From Eledone cirrhosa (Eukaryota), in contig OZ024746.1 of NCBI GenBank assembly GCA_964016885.1, forward strand, positions 66,650,001 to 66,714,000: a stretch of 64,000 nucleotides of DNA. The letters are read 5' to 3'. The position numbers and the translations under genes were made by a program. The notes beneath the pieces are model-generated. The model searched no databases. It saw nothing but the letters and a program-made list of their open reading frames with translations, and was not told where the DNA came from. Below, piece by piece: positions 60,255-64,000 of this stretch. Numbering within the stretch: the stretch's first letter is position 1; the number at the start of each line of letters is the position of its first letter.

Positions 60255-60372
60255 TTATCTTCAGCATCATCGTAATCTTCTTCATCATCGCAATCATCAT
60301 TATTATCAACATCGTCACCATCATCGTCACTAACATCGTCACCATTATTGTTGCCATCATCACCATCATCGC
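60255..60372. repeat. Degenerate (ATC)n trinucleotide tract
   Basis: Direct reading. Confidence 0.8.
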
Positions 60373-61419
60373 AGACTGCTCCTCATAAAAGTCCTTTATA
60401 TTAGAGAGCCTCAGTCCTGCTTTGATGGAGCTGGCGTTTGATCCAAAGCATTCCAATCATTTCGAAAGCCTGAACATTTAATCTTCTAGCAATTTTGCCT
60501 GAGTAAATGAAACTAAAATTCTAATATAACTGGATGACATTTTTTCTTGAAGTGTTTTCTAACTTTATTGAAATATCTTTTCTCATTCACCTTTCTATTT
60601 TAAGCCAATGGATATTCACTATTAAAGAAATGTTCGCTAAGATTCAAAAGATTTCAAAAGTATTCATTCAAACAAAGAGCTTTTATTTTATCTTCGAATC
60701 ACTGAAAAATAGCAAATGCATCAAGGTTTCAATACTACGCTGCATGGCAATTTTAATAAAATTCTCTCAATTTATTCGATGTATTTGCACTTTTTATTTG
60801 ATCTCAAAATTCTAATGCATCTATTATACAGATGGTTTCATTATCTTTGCTAGCTTTCAGTGAAAGGCTTTGAAGAAGCTATAGCATTATCGAAAATGAA
60901 TTTTTGCTTGACTCGCCATATATTTATTTATTATATTTATAAGATAGAGACACAAAGAATATCACATAAAAAGAAATTGGAAGAGACTGCTACCAATGAT
61001 ATTTTAGTGATTAGTTTACGAAGTTGAATACTTGCGCAATCTGTATATTCGTCGTATATTAAATACAAGCTTAGACCACCCATGATTTTATGACTTTTCA
61101 TGAAATGTTCATTTGATTTTTTTTAAAGCTTTGAATAGGCAACTGAAAACAGATAGAAAGGAATGGTATTTTCAATTGAATCAGGTATCAGGCTGACATA
61201 TATTTTATAAACCCACTCAGTGCCTGTAGATGAATTGCCAACTCCCATGCCATTTAGAAAGAAAACAATGATCACAGATTATATCACGTAACCAATCAAG
61301 CGAAATTCCACCGAAACATTATATATTATACTTGTGTGTGCGAGTATGTGTATGTATCTGAAATTCTATATATGCTCCTGCATTTATATAAACAAATACT
61401 CACTCGCTAATACATAAAT

Positions 61420-61420
<1 letters not shown>

Positions 61421-61510
<90 letters not shown>

Positions 61511-61651
61511 CACTTATATATATATACATAAATACACAAATATATAAACATATACATACATACATATATATATACACACAGACACATATATGTTATTCTA
61601 TTACGCGTTCCAACCAACAACCTGAGGTCACGCTGTGGCACCGCTAATATA

Positions 61652-61690
<39 letters not shown>
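61421..61690. repeat. (CA)n/(TA)n microsatellites
   Basis: Direct reading. Confidence 0.9.
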
Positions 61691-61691
<1 letters not shown>

Positions 61692-63734
61692 TGTGTTGGT
61701 ATAAATACGTGGTCTCGAATGTATTTCTGATCTATTCATTTTTTTTATCTTCGATATATCGCTCTTCGTCAGCTTGGTTGGGCATGAGTTTTCTTATGCT
61801 GCGCTACACACTTAATCAATAGGAATTCAGTTTCTCCATGGTCTACACAAACAATATTGGATCTATTTCAGGACGGCCGATATTAGCATTTCAATGAAAT
61901 ATCAAAGTCAATTGTATCCTGAGGGTAGAACTAGATATCGAAATAAGTATCTTTCGAAATCAGACATTTCAGTTATCCAGAACGTGGCTAATTATGATCT
62001 GTGACTTGTAAAATCTCAATAAATCAACTAATAGAGGAGTAATTATTAATGTTTCTTTTCTTGAATTATTACTGCATTAAATATTTAACACAACTTTAAC
62101 ATTATGCTTAATGCAGATAGCGTAGATGGATAATTTATTGTTAGGTATTTATTCACCAATTCGGTACAAATTTCTACATATTTTGAGCGATTTTGTGCAC
62201 AATACGTCCTCAAATACGATGGGAAATATCCATTTCCGAGAAGGTCTGACATAATTTATCCATGCCTAGATTTGTCTTCCATATTCTCTGAAATTTTTAA
62301 TTTATTTCTTCAATTAATAATGCTGTTTCGTCAATTAATGTTTGTATACTAGCTTTAAATATTCATTACCTTATATATGCTTGCCATAATATAACAATTG
62401 CTTTTAATATTGAAGGTGAATCCGAGCATTTTATCATCTTTCTCTCTTTGCTTTCTGTTGCTGATGTATTTCAGATACTATTGTTCTATCGTCAGCGCAT
62501 ATTTATATATATATGGAGTAATATTGCTAATAGCAAATGAACGTTTCCTATAAGATTCATTATACCACCACGTAAACGCCACTGTTTAGTAACTAACTAA
62601 ATACTAAATGTTTACGCCATTCCTTTTGATCACAGAAACTATTCACTCACAAACACCAAACATAGCAAAACGAACACACAAATTAAAATGTCTCTACAAT
62701 AATCCTTATAGATAAACTGTATCTTATCTAAACAAACATCAACTGAATCCTTAGAGGAGGTGTACTTAAAATTGTGTCACCTCTTTATAATATATAAGGT
62801 ATCTAAAGTCATGGAGTATTTTACATGTTTGCTATTACAGTCGGTAGATACATTGATCAGCCAACGTATCTTCACTTGGATAATGATTCCATTTTTTCCA
62901 GCCATCAAATACTTATTAGCTAATTTAGCGTTTAAATTGTCTCCCGTAGCCTATCCCGTTTATCTTCCCCTGGGCATCTTCTCTGTTTCACTATTGTTGT
63001 GTATTTCCCTTTTAGAGTAAACTCACACATGCAATATAGCATTAAGCAATTCTTACCATCCACTGAAAAGTGTCACCGATATATATTTATTTGTATCAAG
63101 CCGTATATTACAGGCAGTAAATGTATACTTAGAATCGTTGAGTGATATATGTATGCATATATTGCTCAATATATATGCATACATATATTGTGCGTGTGTA
63201 CATACTTGAGTTTGTGCTAGTCCGTATTAACTTCTTTGTACATATATGTATATGTACAGAATAGAGACAACCGTGTCGACACAAATGTCTATATAATTAC
63301 ACATTAGTTGTATATGGACATGTAAACAGAGAAATATGAGTTTGTCCCTTGTAAATTGAAATAATCATTGATACCTTTATTTATTTTGGTTCTTCATCGT
63401 CCTATGTATATAACGATATTATTTTCTTATATCTATATATGTATATCAGAATATATGTATCTCTTCTCCGCTCTAGGGCATCTGATCTTTCACCTCATCT
63501 GTTTAAATAGATAAATCCATATAAATATGTAAATAAAAAATAGTGATTCAAAGTAGTAACAACTTATAGTCAGATGGAACAATGTCAAGATACAGACACG
63601 AAATCGCCTTACCTTTGGCTTCATTTTACAGTTTCATTTACATTTCATTCATTTCGTGATTGTTCTATTATATATATATAGGTGTGTGTGGGGGTGCGTC
63701 CGTGTGTGCGTGTGTGCGTGTGTATGTATGTATA

Positions 63735-63784
<50 letters not shown>

Positions 63785-64000
63785 TAAAATAACAGATTAA
63801 AGTTTAAGCAAAGAATCGCTGCTTTCATATATATGTATATATATATACTGTATATATATATACATACATATACACGCACATATATGTATATATGTGTGTG
63901 TGTGTGTGTATGTTATACAAATGTATGTTTTATCTTCGCAAATAAGACTTTGAACTACAATATCTTGAAAACCATTTCCTATGATGTCTGTGTGGTGCTG

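Noticed and set aside
60215-60270. Minus-strand CTGAAGA..GAAA
   Set aside because: No stem I and a weak stem II, at the edge of an (ATC)n tract

Overview
AT-rich eukaryotic repeat DNA with no host protein-coding exon I can support. The very dense (TA)n/(CA)n microsatellites and the tRNA-derived SINE family resemble those of octopod cephalopods, but that taxon call is an inference. The window is a mosaic of decayed mobile elements: at least five diverged Penelope-like (Naiad-type RT/GIY-YIG) fragments, two Helitron Rep/Pif1 remnants plus mini-Helitron ends, a CR1-type LINE, R4-type and RTE LINE fragments, and more than 10 SINEs. The most notable signal lies outside the ORF track: about 10 hammerhead-ribozyme (HHR) motifs read by eye in (TA)n-flanked modules. 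Two sit in near-perfect 300-450 bp fold-back palindromes with an HHR on each strand. One has a compensatory U3:A8 core, one has a greatly extended stem II, and two form a tandem pair 1.4 kb apart. Most ORFs in the track are microsatellite artefacts. All alignments and folds were done by eye, so boundaries are approximate.
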